Source: Catajapyx aquilonaris
Taxonomy: Eukaryota
Reading direction: 5' to 3'
Length of the DNA stretch: 33,090 bases
NCBI GenBank assembly: GCA_000934665.2
Contig: JYFJ02004338.1
Coordinates: 1-33,090 of the forward strand
Shown: in pieces, positions 1 to 11,279 of the stretch
Layout: each line of letters opens with the position of its first letter
How positions within the stretch are numbered: the first letter of the stretch is position 1
Translations under genes and position numbers: made by a program
Notes under the pieces: generated by a model
Databases searched by the model: none
What the model saw: the letters and a program-made list of their open reading frames with translations, nothing else
Told to the model about the DNA's origin: nothing

Positions 1-1359
1 CGTTTGGAGCCTGGGTAGAAAATATTGATGCGAAATTAGTCATTTCAAGGCACCGAGGGGGTAAATCCTGAGGGATCAAAGGGAGAGTTCTGCTGGTACA
101 TTCCGTGAAGCCTAATAAGAGATTAATGCTTATATGCAAGTCCCGTCATATGTAATAATCCGGAATTTTGGTGGAAGGCAGATAGAGTCAGTTTTTTTTT
201 TTTTACAAACGTGAGAAGCACGTTTTATAAGTCTCTCCCTCTTACATGCCCTGATTTCACGCTCTTTATAAAGCTCGAAGCTTTTTGCGCAAAAGGAAGG
301 AATTTTCATTAAGCAGACTACCTGAGCAGCCTTGCTTAAAAAGGGGGCAAATATTGGATGGCAGATTTTATTATTGCGTACCTTATGCGATTTGAATGTT
401 GATATTTGAAAGGAATATTTTTGGCCCAAATATTTTCCATATCATTGCTTATATTGGGAAGTGATGTAAGCACATTCGAAATGTCCATTGCAACTATGCA
501 AAAATTAGCCCATTAAATATGCTTGAATTAGTTATTGCTATTTTTTTTAATCATGAGCTAACGAATAACTATACTAGAAACAACTAACGGCTGCACAAGT
601 TATGTATTTCTTGGAAAATTATTAATTATTAACAGCGTGGCGTAAAAATCGTCAGCATCAAAATTTTTGCACGGTTTGAATTTTTTAAATATTCAAGTTA
701 GGATAACTACTATATTGGCTCACTTTTTAATATCACACACCGAACAGTTTCACCATTACGACCATGCAGGTGATGTAGGTTACACCCTCCAAAAAAATTG
801 TAGCCCCTAAGCACACTGTTTTTTTTGGTGGGAAAATATGGGTGTGCCATAAAAATGCGAGATAGACTTTGACGTAATGGCTCGTAAAAAATGTACTTTG
901 GGTAATGCAAGAGGATTGCAGTGATGTTCAAACTACGGCTTCCTCCTGGTCTGGTTTTCGCGCTTAAATTGCGCCATCCTAATGCATATCCGCGGAATAG
1001 GGAAAAGCTCAGCCGATTGCAAGAGGGCCCAAAAGCATGAGAGAGACGTTTGGGAACAGTTAATGGCTTTGCCCCCCTGGCATTTAGGGTTTAGAAACGT
1101 AAAACCCGCTTCGGAGTACCTTGTATAAAGGAAGGATGGGGATGGGTAGGAAAAAATAAATAAAACTTCTACTCCCTGTAAACATGTTTTGGGTCATGAA
1201 AATGGCGCTACATTAACCCTGGACTAATGTTTACATCCGTCACCTGCGAGAATTTCATAGGCAGGGAAATTACATGGGTAGGACATTAATAATGGTGTCG
1301 TACTGGTGGCGCCACGAGTCGCTTGCGGCAAAAGAGGGAAGCAATCGCAATATGCTGTG

Positions 1360-1540
1360 GGTACTGTGCACTTATTTCCAACGCTACGCTTGGGGAGGAA
1401 CAAAATGGCCGTTTGCGACGTTGACAAGGCTCTGTAACGAATATTGGTAGCTACGAATTTGGCTCATGGGGAGTAACTCTGGCAACAATGGAGCTGCGCG
1501 AGTATGGGTGCGCACTCGGTTGCGCTCGTAAACAAATTCG
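1360..1540. mobile_element. MITE family 1 (GCAACCGAGTGCGCAC), truncated type A copy
   Basis: gcacttatttccaacgctacgcttgg...gtgcgcactcggttgcgctcgtaaacaaattc is closely similar to 2730-2935. Confidence 0.8.
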
Positions 1541-1961
1541 ATTCGCTCTTTTTACGGCCCTTGTGGGGTCACTTTCTGTGAACCATTTGTGTAGGCAAAT
1601 AAACCCCTTTTCCACTAGCAATTCCCAGATTTTCCGGCGTTTCTGCCACTGCCAAATAGCTTTTAATAATAACAGTCTCCGTTTCCATTGGAGCCGATTC
1701 ACGTCGCTCCATCGGAGTAGCGTTAAATCTAAGCTAATTGCGTGTGAAAAGAGAACTTTTGGATACCTCTATGTACTGACAGACTAACTGTGAGAGCAAT
1801 TTAATTAATTGTGGATAAGAGAAAGTCTAGTCGTGCCGCTTTCCCCTCCCTTCTCAAGACGGAATCGATATTTTGGTGTGGACCAAAAGCACTTTCTCTG
1901 TAGGTGTATATGGGGTTGGAGAGACCTTAATGAGAACGGGCAGGAAACTAGATGGAGGAAC

Positions 1962-2225
1962 CTAGTTGGTCAACACTTGAGGAACCCGGTCTTCTGGAAG
2001 GTGTCCAAGTTCACTCTGCTTCGACATCTCCGGTTGGTTGTTTTCTTCACTGGGAGGGGGGTTCTTCCTCCTCTCAAACACTATATAGTAGGAAAGGGGC
2101 CAATTGCCTCTGGTGTAGATGGGAACCGATTCTAAGCCTAGGAGGATGGTGGCTCCCTGAAGATCCATCGGATGGAGGGGGGGAATGGCGGATCCGGATT
2201 GCCTTCTGCCTATTGACACTATGTC
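1962..2225 (-). other. Possible terminal exon (87 codons plus stop), product unknown
   Basis: Acceptor ttttatcctcctgtag followed by the open frame DIVSIGRRQ...VPQVLTN*. GC-richer than its flanks and phase-compatible with the 3997-4124 candidate. Confidence 0.22.
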
Positions 2226-2388
2226 CTACAGGAGGATAAAAGTCCAGGAAAATGACTGCCATTCCGTTTTATATGCTGTGCATAGGCGACAGAGAAGAGC
2301 TTGGTAAATGTACAGAGTGTTTCAGAGTGATTTGGATCCAAGATGTTTGGCCAGCCGAGGGGATGGAAGTGTCGTAGACTGTATCCGC

Positions 2389-2939
2389 GATGAATTTTTT
2401 TTTAAATGCAACCGAGTGCGCACCACAGTTTACGCAGCGTGTAGTTAGGTATAAGTGAATTTTTTTTACTAGCGCAACCGAGTGTGCATCCACATTCGCG
2501 CAAGTATCGTACATTGTTCCGACAACAGCGTTGCCACAATTGCATCTCATGGGCCTGTGAGGTTTGTTCCAGAGCCTTGACAATATTGCAAAAGTCGGCC
2601 ATATTATTACCTCCTTAATCTTAGGGTTGGAAATAATTTGCGCGAGCTGCGTTGCGCACTCGGTTGCACGTTGCACTCATTTAAAAAAATCCTCTATAGT
2701 ATATAGCACTATAGCGGGTGTACTGAGCTGCACTTATTTCCAACGCTACGCTTGGTGGAAACAAAATAGCCTACATTTGCGAAGTTGCCAAGGCTCTGAG
2801 ACGTACCTCAAAGGCTACATGTGTGAATTTGGCCCCTGCTGTGGAGTAACTCTGGCAAAATGGTTGTGTTTAAAATGTAGCCGCGCGAGTGTGGCTGCGC
2901 ACTCGCCGGTTACGCTCGTAAAAAAAATTTCATCTACAG
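2389..2939. mobile_element. MITE family 1 type A copy containing a nested type B copy (2450-2699)
   Basis: Outer inverted termini gatgaattttt...gcaaccgagtgcgcac and gcgcactcgccggttacgctcgtaaaaaaaatttcatc. Inner termini gtgaatttttttactagcgcaaccgagtg and cactcggttgc...aaaaaaatcctctatag. Confidence 0.8.
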
Positions 2940-3996
2940 CAGATAACGAGGCTGGTAATGAATGGAATGTACTGCAAAAGAAAGTGTGTTATAAACACTT
3001 TCACCCCTACGCATGATTATTGACAAGTGCGCTGTACAGTGAGGCGTGTATTACACTGCATACAGTGCAGTACAATCCTGTCATTGGAGCCTTACAGTAC
3101 GTGTTATCTAACAGGGGAAAGACGAACGTTTGACCTTTTCGCAGGGCAGGGGGGTGGGGGGCAAATATGATCGCACAATTTCAAGTCCGGGATGTCATGA
3201 AATATTCATGTGGATAAATGATGAATAATAAAGCAACTCCTTAGCATTTCTTGATTGCAACCGTTCCATATGCTGCCAGGAATTTTAAAGGCGTGTTTAG
3301 ACAGCGACATGTGGCCCTGATGAGACTCAGGCGAAACCAGTCTTAAATCAGCGAAAGGTGTTTTGTAACTGATACGCGACAAACTGTTGTTGTAATAACG
3401 AACACCTGAATATTTTATGCAGCATTCGTTATTATCGTATGCATTTTATAATATTGCAGTAGTACTGTAGGGCGTGTCATATTTTGTACACATATTCTGT
3501 TGATTATCATTATCATGTCAAATATTGTTTTACCTTGGTAGTACAGTACGACTAATTTATATTATAGTGCATGTCATAAATAGTTATAATAAACCGGTCA
3601 TAATTTGTTTTTGTACGACAGTACGACTAATATTGTGTATGTCACAAATTGTTACAATGAACAGGGTAATTATTTTATTAACCCACCAACATACCTGCTA
3701 ACTACTTATTTATTTCATAGTCTATTTTAATTTGTTTGCATATTATGTTTTATGCCACAAATAATTATGCTGACTAGAAAATAATGTTCATTCACCAATT
3801 TTTCATTTCTTTTATTATTATTTCTTTTTAGCTAATTACGTACGGTATTTATTTTTGCTCGCTTTTGTTTTTATTCCCAATAATATTGTGCGCCGTGGCT
3901 CTTAAATATAGAAGATTGACATTTTGCAAAGTAGTAGTCTATAACTGTAATAACGTGACGTCGCTGTCCAACTAACCACACGACCCTAAAAATAAC

Positions 3997-4124
3997 CATA
4001 AAATATTCTAGAAGTTTGTCCATTGAGTCAGGAATCACCCTGTAATAATGGCCCCCCTCTGCAGTAATAGAATTCAGTAGAGGCCCCCCATCTTTTCCTG
4101 AGAATTGCGCTGTTTGCACGGAAA
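3997..4124 (-). pseudogene. Candidate exon encoding the C-terminal part of a von Willebrand A-like domain (gene fragment or pseudogene)
   Basis: Acceptor cattcttttcag followed by SVQTAQFSGKDGGPLLNSITAEGGHYYRVIPDSMDKLLEYFM, which resembles the vWA pattern VxTxxF...LxxIAxxGGxYYxV...LxxxFxxI. The donor (GTTATT) is weak and the nearest upstream exon candidate has in-frame stops. Confidence 0.3.
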
Positions 4125-5226
4125 CTGAAAAGAATGATTAGACTTTCCCTCGCAAACTTTGTCTTCTTTTTTTGTGTGTGTACCTTTGAGAAGAAATGGG
4201 GATGATTCAGCAGTAAGAATATGTCAAGGAGCTCAATTTTTCTCCAGTTTTAATCCTATCTTCTTTTTTGAAAGAATAAACGAGTTTTTTAAAAAATGGT
4301 AATTCTTGTGGTGGAAATGGGTCAAGCGAGGTTTGGATCCATCTCCTTTATGGAGCTTCTCTGGCAGGTGAAGTCACTCTGAATCCACTCTATGTCCGCG
4401 AAACTAGAGTTGGGTATAACAAAAAAAGAAGAAGTTTGGGTGAGCCCCCAAAAGCCTTTCAGTGGGGGGGAAAAAGGGAAGGGGAATTTGGGAAGCTTCT
4501 TTTCTTGAGGTCAGAGTGCAGCAGCACTTGACTCGACAGCCACAGAAGCAATTTATGTAAAAGCGGAAGGAGGGACAGGTCCATTTTCAAAAATCCTGAC
4601 GTGTGTATATATGGAAGGCTCTTGGAATATTACTTTTCTGGTATTTTTAAAGGGGGGGAAAAGCCAGGAAGTTACTTTAACAATATTTTATGAGCTTGTG
4701 GGAGCCGTATATTATTTCAAACGTTAGTCTGCCTTTCCTCATGCAAGTCAATCTAGTGGACACCTCTTTTGCAATTGAACCCCCTTCCTATTTGTCTGAG
4801 GCTTCAAAGACTATCCTTTCACTCGAAATGAAATGCGACGGTCCTAGTCAAGACATAAAGGCCGAGTGACCAGAGAAGAATGATAAAAAAAGGAGTTGGA
4901 AAGAATAAGAAAAAAAGGCGAGGTCTTCTTTGTAGCCCACTTTCATTTCGACGTCATTCAAGTAAGGCTTCTTTTTTCTCTCTCTCTCTCTTTCTCCAGC
5001 TCTAGACTTTTCTAGTCTCTTTTATTGGCCAGGCGAGATGAAAGTCCGGATCGAACAAAATGTAGGTGCCTGCCCAAAACCTACGCACATCTGCAGGCCA
5101 CAAAGCCTCGCACTAAAAACCAGAGAGAGGACTATCTAACATCCTGCCAACAAGAGCACAGGGTCCTAGTGAAAGTTTCAAGGAGGCTTTTAAAACTAAG
5201 GCTCGAGTGAAAGAATGGGCTTCAAC

Positions 5227-5232
5227 TTTATT
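5227..5232 (-). promoter_or_regulatory. Polyadenylation signal AATAAA of paralog A
   Basis: Plus-strand tttatt about 20 nt downstream of the TGA at 5254-5256. Confidence 0.65.
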
Positions 5233-5253
5233 TCAACTTTGTAACCAAGCTGT

Positions 5254-7913
5254 TCACATAAGGCTGCACCTGTTGGCCTCTTCTGCTGCCTGGCACAGAC
5301 ACACTGCTTCGTCCATGGTCTTTCCAGGGATGTGACCTTCGCACAAGTCGCGAGAGTACATCAGGTCGTCGTGTGCCTCTTCACCTTCGTCGTAGTCCTG
5401 TATCTCGGCCGGGTACTCGCCCAACTCCAAGCTCTGAAATGTGGAAAAAAACGGACATTGGTCAGATGCACATTAATGTCCAGCACTGTTATACCCTCAC
5501 CTGGCAGATGCACTTGAGGCTTCTGGTGAAGGCCTGGTTCCTCTCCGGGGTGTCCTTGGCCGCCTTCTCGTTCTCCATGTGCACCAGGGCCTCCTTGAGC
5601 AGGCTGTACTGCTGGCGGTAGCGTCGAAGGCTTGGCTCTGGCATGACGTTCCCCTGCTTCTCCAGCCACTGGGGGTACCTCTCCGAGGCTGACAGCATCT
5701 GTGGGTAGATGACCCTGGAGATGAGGAGACGGACCAGGTCCTGCAGCCACAGCTCGAAGGCGGTCATGTCCCCTTCGTCCACATGTTCCTGGCTGAGTCC
5801 GATGTTGGCCAGCATCCTGCAGAGGACATCCTCTGAGGGCTCCTCCCTGTCCTTGTGCGCCCTGCGCTCCAGGAACTCGATCCCTTCAGCCAGGAGGACA
5901 GCCAGGGTCTTGGACCCCTCGACCCACTGGTGCGCGGCCCTCTTGGCCCCCTCCTTGAAGTAGACCCAGTTCTCGTTCAGCTCCTTCCGCAGCTTGTGCT
6001 GGGACCTCAGGTGCTCCCTGAACACTGCCTTCTCGTCGTATGGGTCCAGATCCAGCCCCACTGCGCCTCCAGGAGCCTCTTCCTCCAGGTCGTCCACTTC
6101 AGGCTGGCCAGTCATGGCCTGCAGCTCCTCGTCCCAGTTGTCCTTGTCCTCAGCTCCCTGTGGGATGTCCACTTTTCCGGTCAGACCTCGCAGGCTGTAC
6201 TCCACCTCCTGCAGCAGCGAGTCGGTCAGCATCCGGAGTCCCAGGCTCCCGTCCTGGAACCTGGCCGCCATCACCTCGTCTGACTCGTCCAGGGCATTGT
6301 AAGAGTGGTCACTGGCAGCAGCCACGACGGCCCCTTCGCCTCCGCCCTTCTCCTCTCGATGCTCTCCTGCAGGGGGCGCCACCGCCTCGTGGCAGACCCC
6401 TTCCTCGCTGCCCAAGTCCTCTAGGGGAGACTCGACACCCTCGCTGTCCACTTCCTCGCTGGGCGCAGGAGAGTCGCGTCCGAAGAAGGCCTTCTGGTCC
6501 GCCGTGTCTTCATACGGAGAAAAAGATGCGCGGTTCCAAAGTGTTTTTGGGTAAAGAAACTTTATGAGACTTACGCAATCCGATCAGGTTCCACAGAGCC
6601 TGCTCGAACTGGTAGACAGTCTGTATGATCAGCTCTTCTGCCAGGTTACCGGCTGAGACCTCCAAGTCCTCCAGGTTGCCTGAGGAAACGTGTCAAAAAG
6701 TACACGACGCAACATTAGTTATGGACATTGATAACCATCAGCACCCTAGCAAGGTGGATATTAATGGTGGCAAAAGGCTCCCGTCACCATTTACGTCTAA
6801 AGATCGGTCACGCTAAGAACGCAACCGAGTGCGCACACTAGTTCGCGCAAAACCTACAACGTTGCCACATTCATCGTGTGCTCGCCTCAGCTGTCCTTCG
6901 AGTGGCTCTGGCAACGCCGCAGAGGGGACCCACCAGTGTCAGAAATAAGCGTAACGTTCAACAGCTCATATCGCACGAAGCACTTCTCATTCCAGGAGTG
7001 CATCCTGTGCGCACACGGGATGCGCACTCTGTTGCGTTCTTATATTGACCGAATTATAACACTGTACTGTACATATATGGATGTAATGCGCACAAATTAG
7101 ATTTGTCCAAAATTATTTTATAAATGTTCGGCATTTGCTTTAGAAACGCGTTTCATCTGAAGCGCGTTTAGTCATTTCGTGGTGACCTTGTCCCATGGCA
7201 AGCATTTCCCCTTTTCAAGATGTTTCTTGGCTGGAATGGAAAAAGCTTCATCCTGTCCATTCAGGGCTACCCTCATGCCTCTCCTGCTTTGCGGATGCGT
7301 CTGACATACAGGATAAACTTTTCAAGGCGCCTCGCGTCAGCACCGCGAATTTTTATTTTTTATTTTTTAAATTGCCTGAATGTAGCAAAAATTGGGAAGA
7401 CATCCAGGTTGCTGCAAGTTGCTTTTTTTAATGCATTGTTGCCCATTTGTATTTTTTCCGGGCTTGAAACAGAAAACAACAATTGCAAAGTGTTGCCGTA
7501 AGTAGTAAACAACATGTTTAGCATGTTCGTATGCAATGTCCACTAACAATATGAGGTTCGGTTGCCAACCCTGCCGACCATTGTTGCTGATTATTGTCCC
7601 GATCGATTAGCATATTTTTGGGGGGGGCTTCCTTCAATCGATATGGACTCCACATGGCATACTTTTTTTTTGAACACATTACATGAAAAATTTGCATTAA
7701 AAGCACACGAATCAGGTGTTGCTAATTCGGATCTTATTTTTTTTGGCGAGTGCGAATCTGACCTGTTTCATGGGACAAATGGATGGCTTTGAGGCAATCT
7801 GAGAGTCGATCCTCGTCCAGAAAGATCCCCTTGATCTGCCTTGTCTCGCTGGTGTTTGTTCCGACCTGGACCGAATCCGCTTTAGTCTCCTGAACCTCTG
7901 CCGCCGACGCCAT
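5254..7913 (-). CDS. PEX19: Divergent, elongated PEX19-family peroxin, paralog A (480 aa, C-terminal CaaX CSLM)
   Basis: Hand-spliced exons 7763-7913, 6575-6679, 5501-6507 and 5254-5433. All introns are GT-AG with consistent phase; total 1443 nt. The C-terminal region SEDVLCRMLANIGL...LISRVIYPQMLSASERYPQWLEKQGNVMPEPSLRRYRQQYSLL...KCICQ|SLELGEYPAEI parallels Pex19 (SEEELTKAMEGLG...LLSKDVLYPSLKEITEKYPEWL...KYQEQ...MQQLQDLGHPPKEL). The protein ends ANRCSLM*. The first two exons are less certain than the last two. Confidence 0.88.
6804..7052. mobile_element. MITE family 1 variant in intron 1 of paralog A
   Basis: About 32-bp inverted termini: tcggtcacgctaagaacgcaaccgagtgcgca and tgcgcactctgttgcgttcttatattgaccga. 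Confidence 0.8.
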
Positions 7914-8455
7914 TCTCTTTAAAATGTCCAAAAAACCTACCACAACCTCACTTCCTATTACAACACAAAAAAATTAATAATCTTGTTGCGATTAGAAATT
8001 CAAACCTAAGCATCATACGAACAACAAAAGGGGGGTGCTGAGCTTACTTGAACCGATCACTGTTTAGTAATCTAAGAGCCCAAAGTGAGGCAGAGGAGCG
8101 ATAGAGATGGTTCGAATGGTGCTTCTCTCAAGAACATTCGGGGCTAGAGTGTTGACTCTTCCAAACCTGATTGCTTGGTCCTTGTCGAGTTACTTAGCGA
8201 CTTGGGTGGAAGTCAACAGTGTTTGGTTGCTATAGGATCAAGGATAGGTAGTTTTTTTTTCTCTTCGGGTAATGTTTGGAAGGGCTGTCGAATTGTGTGC
8301 AAATCAATGCCAAAATCACAGATTTTCACGAAACTGATTTTATACTTAATTGAATCCTGGTAAATGTTGGCAGTTATTAACAATTATTTTCGTCAGATAT
8401 GTGGACAGTAAATGAAAGCAGTAAATTGGTCTGATTTATTTGGTAGGCCTATACC

Positions 8456-8900
8456 GAGACATAACAAATAATTTCAAAAAATTTAAATTAATGCAAAATT
8501 TCTAAGTTGAATTTGAAGGCTTTTTATTAGACATAACAAGTAGTCTAATTTCAAAGAGTTTAATTAATGCAAATAATTACTAATTATTGAATTTTTGAGT
8601 TTTTTTTTGCAGTGTATTGGTATGTGAGGCATAACGAGTAATTTAAAAATTTAAGTTAATGCAAAATTTCTAAGTCGCATTTGAAGGCTTTTTATGAGAC
8701 ATAACAAGTAGTCTAATTTCAACGAGTTGAATTAATGCAAATAATCACTAATTGAATTTTTAAGTTTTTTTTGCAATATATTGGCATGTGAGGCATAACG
8801 AGTAATATCAAAAAATTCAAACAAGTGCAAAAACTTACTGAAGGCTTTTTGCAATTACTTGGTATGTGAGTCGTAACAAGTAATTTCAAAAATGTAAAAA
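8456..8900. repeat. Higher-order AT-rich tandem repeat (~70 + ~96 bp dimer)
   Basis: Unit starts (gagRcataacRagta-like) at 8456, 8528, 8626, 8696, 8790 and 8868. Alternate units are the most similar to each other. Confidence 0.85.
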
Positions 8901-9487
8901 AAACGCAAAACAAATTGAGTTTGAATTTTGAATGTTCTTTACAAATTTGCCATAGTACCATTTTGCCATTTTTTTGCCAACCTTTCTTTATGCCGGTGGC
9001 ACACTTTTTATTCATTACGCTGAGTTGCGGAATGTTCGTCTCTAATTAGATCTTTCATTTTTATTACAGTCCGCTACATTTTTGCACAATCAAATCACGC
9101 TGGAATATAATTTTTTGTTTGCCAATTTTTTTTTACTCGCGCTGATGGTACGGCATGTTTGACTTGTTATATCAACTCATCAAAAAAAGTCGTTTGCAAC
9201 ATTAATGTGGGTGGAAAAAAAAAAGTTGGACTGAACACAACTCATGCGAAAGGTTGTCACTGATTGTTGACGCGCATCTGAAGCAAAAGTTGGCCGCAAA
9301 ATTTTCTCCTCACAATCTGACGTCATCACTTTTAAAAAAATCGTTGTGAACCAAAATAATATTTTCTGCCAAATGTTTGGTCGAAATTACCAAATGATTG
9401 GTTCGACACAAATATATTTTGGTTGATTCACAACATTTGAATGATTTTTTTAAAGCACCACATTAAAATCACACCAGTAGCCTCTAT

Positions 9488-9618
9488 AAGGTTCATTCCA
9501 AAGCATTGGCAACGTCGCAAAAGTCGGCCATATTGTCACCCCCTTAAACATAGCGTTGGAAACAATTTGCGCGAACTGTGATGCGCACTCGGTTGAGCTC
9601 ATTAACAAATTCATATAT
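9488..9618. mobile_element. MITE family 1 type B, partial copy
   Basis: gcaaaagtcggccatatt...gttggaaacaatttgcgcgaactgtgatgcgcactcggtt matches 2588-2665. Confidence 0.75.
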
Positions 9619-9730
9619 AAATATGTTTGCTTTGTTAGAGCGAGCAATGATATTTTCAAATAATTGTTCTCAGCCAATTAGTTTGAACAGTGTCTAGGTT
9701 TTTTCATCCAGATATTTTCAAGACTGCCGG

Positions 9731-9731
9731 T

Positions 9732-9774
<43 letters not shown>
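9731..9774 (+). repeat. (TTTA)11 microsatellite
   Basis: Perfect 44-bp run. Confidence 0.97.
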
Positions 9775-9805
9775 CTAGCTGCGGCACCCGGCGTAGCCCT
9801 GGATA
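9775..9805 (-). mobile_element. Helitron-like 3' terminus
   Basis: The minus strand reads ccagggctacgccgggtgccgcagCTAG|t: an imperfect GC-rich hairpin about 10 nt before a terminal CTAG followed by T. The 5' end was not identified. Confidence 0.55.
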
Positions 9806-10568
9806 CACAGTCCGGTACATGCCTATGTACAACAAAATTCAATTCTTTTGTGGGTGTAAAAATAAAGTAGGTATGTATAAATTTCCGGACTATAAATGCA
9901 AGGTAGCTAATAAACATTTCCTTTGATTTTCCGCCTAGAAATCTCATACTGCAAAATCCCATTCCTATGGCCCCATTAAAGCACTTTGATTTCTCTAATC
10001 ACACCCTAGCTTTAAAGCGCAGCACCCCCTACACGAAAACTAAAGTGCAGTTAGCGCCGGGCTCCTGGTGCACACTGAAAGCATGGCCCTGTCTGAATTA
10101 GCACCGGTTCTGGGGCCTAGAGCTGAGTGCAATTAAAACGGATGTTGGTTCCGAGAGAGAAACGGGTTGAGGTTTTTGGGTGGGGTGGGGAAAGGGGGGG
10201 GAGGTGGTGGCCATTTTAGGCTTCATTTAATCAGGGCCAGAAGTGGCAGCAGGGGCCAGAGAAAATCAGTCGGAGACTCCAGAGGGAAAAGACATGCTTC
10301 AACTCTACTCTGTAATCAACGGTCATTATCATTTTGCAAAGGAGGGGAAAGGACCATGGAGACGACCTGTAATTTGCACGCCCGAGAGTCTCCCCCAGGC
10401 CATTTACTGCCAGTGTTTAGTCTTAGCGTTTCTCCAGGCTTGTTGCAAAAGTTGACCGTCGTATATGCACAGTTTATCCGACCATTTTACTGTACGGTTA
10501 AGTACTAAAGTGAGGTGTTGACATGTACCGACCCGAGAAAACATTATAGCTAGAAACATGACTAACAA

Positions 10569-10770
10569 CTAGATTTTATTTTTTAAATGAGCCTAACCGA
10601 GTGCGCAACATAGTTCGCGCAAATTGTTTCCAACATTGAGCTTGAGAGGGTAACAATATGGCCTACATTTGCGGTGTTGCCAATGAGACTCCGGAGAAGT
10701 AACTGTGGCAACAACGTAGTTGTCGGAACAATGGACTCGGTTGCGCTCGTTTAAAAAAATCAATCTATAG
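10569..10770. mobile_element. MITE family 1 type B, reverse orientation
   Basis: Inverted termini tttttaaatgagcctaaccgagt and actcggttgcgctcgtttaaaaaaatcaatctatag. The interior is the reverse complement of the 2450-2699 copy. Confidence 0.8.
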
Positions 10771-11140
10771 TCTGGATCATTTCTAGACAACAAATATTTT
10801 TTGGAGGCGACACAACCTGATTCCAAATATTTCAAAAATATTTTACGATTATGTCCCATACACTACTGTCATGTATGTAAAGAGACATATTCATGTGCTC
10901 ATTTTTGTGTTTATACAACTGCACTTTCGTTCGCGACAGTTACCGCCACAAATTCTGCGGATGAATGTGACCAAAATTTAATAAGGAGTCATCCCATCCT
11001 CTTTTCAGACTTTCCGAAATAAGATTTTCTTAATAGTGCTCGCAACTCAAAGGGCGTGGAAATGAACCGAGGAGATTTCCGCTTAGTTAGACGTGTCTCT
11101 GTAGGGATTGACTTGGATTAAGAGCCGCAGTCCCCCCCCC

Positions 11141-11148
11141 NNNNNNNN
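11141..11148. other. Assembly gap (8 N) between a C run and an A run
   Basis: nnnnnnnn in the sequence. Confidence 0.99.
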
Positions 11149-11224
11149 AAAAAAAAATCTACTTCCTCCTAGAAATTAGCACCGAGTAACCAGCTATTTA
11201 ATCATCTTAGTTAATCCGTCTTAT

Positions 11225-11230
11225 TTTATT
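11225..11230 (-). promoter_or_regulatory. Polyadenylation signal AATAAA of paralog B
   Basis: Plus-strand tttatt about 50 nt downstream of the TAG at 11280-11282. Confidence 0.6.
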
Positions 11231-11279
11231 GCTCAAACGAACTCTTTTCGAGGGGTGGGTTAAAAGGTTCGAACAGATC

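Noticed and set aside
1985..2030. MSKQSELGHLPED resembles the Pex19 LGxxPxEL motif, suggesting a third paralog
   Set aside because: The upstream residues do not align convincingly to the Pex19 domain in any frame; probably chance, though a profile search would settle it.
5332..6567. Several plus-strand and alternate-frame ORFs overlapping paralog A
   Set aside because: They are shadows of a GC-rich coding exon; only the Pex19 frame has homology and splice support.
7187..7300. Exon-like GC-richer block in intron 1 of paralog A
   Set aside because: The required phase-1 frame has a stop, and exons 1 and 2 join in frame without it.
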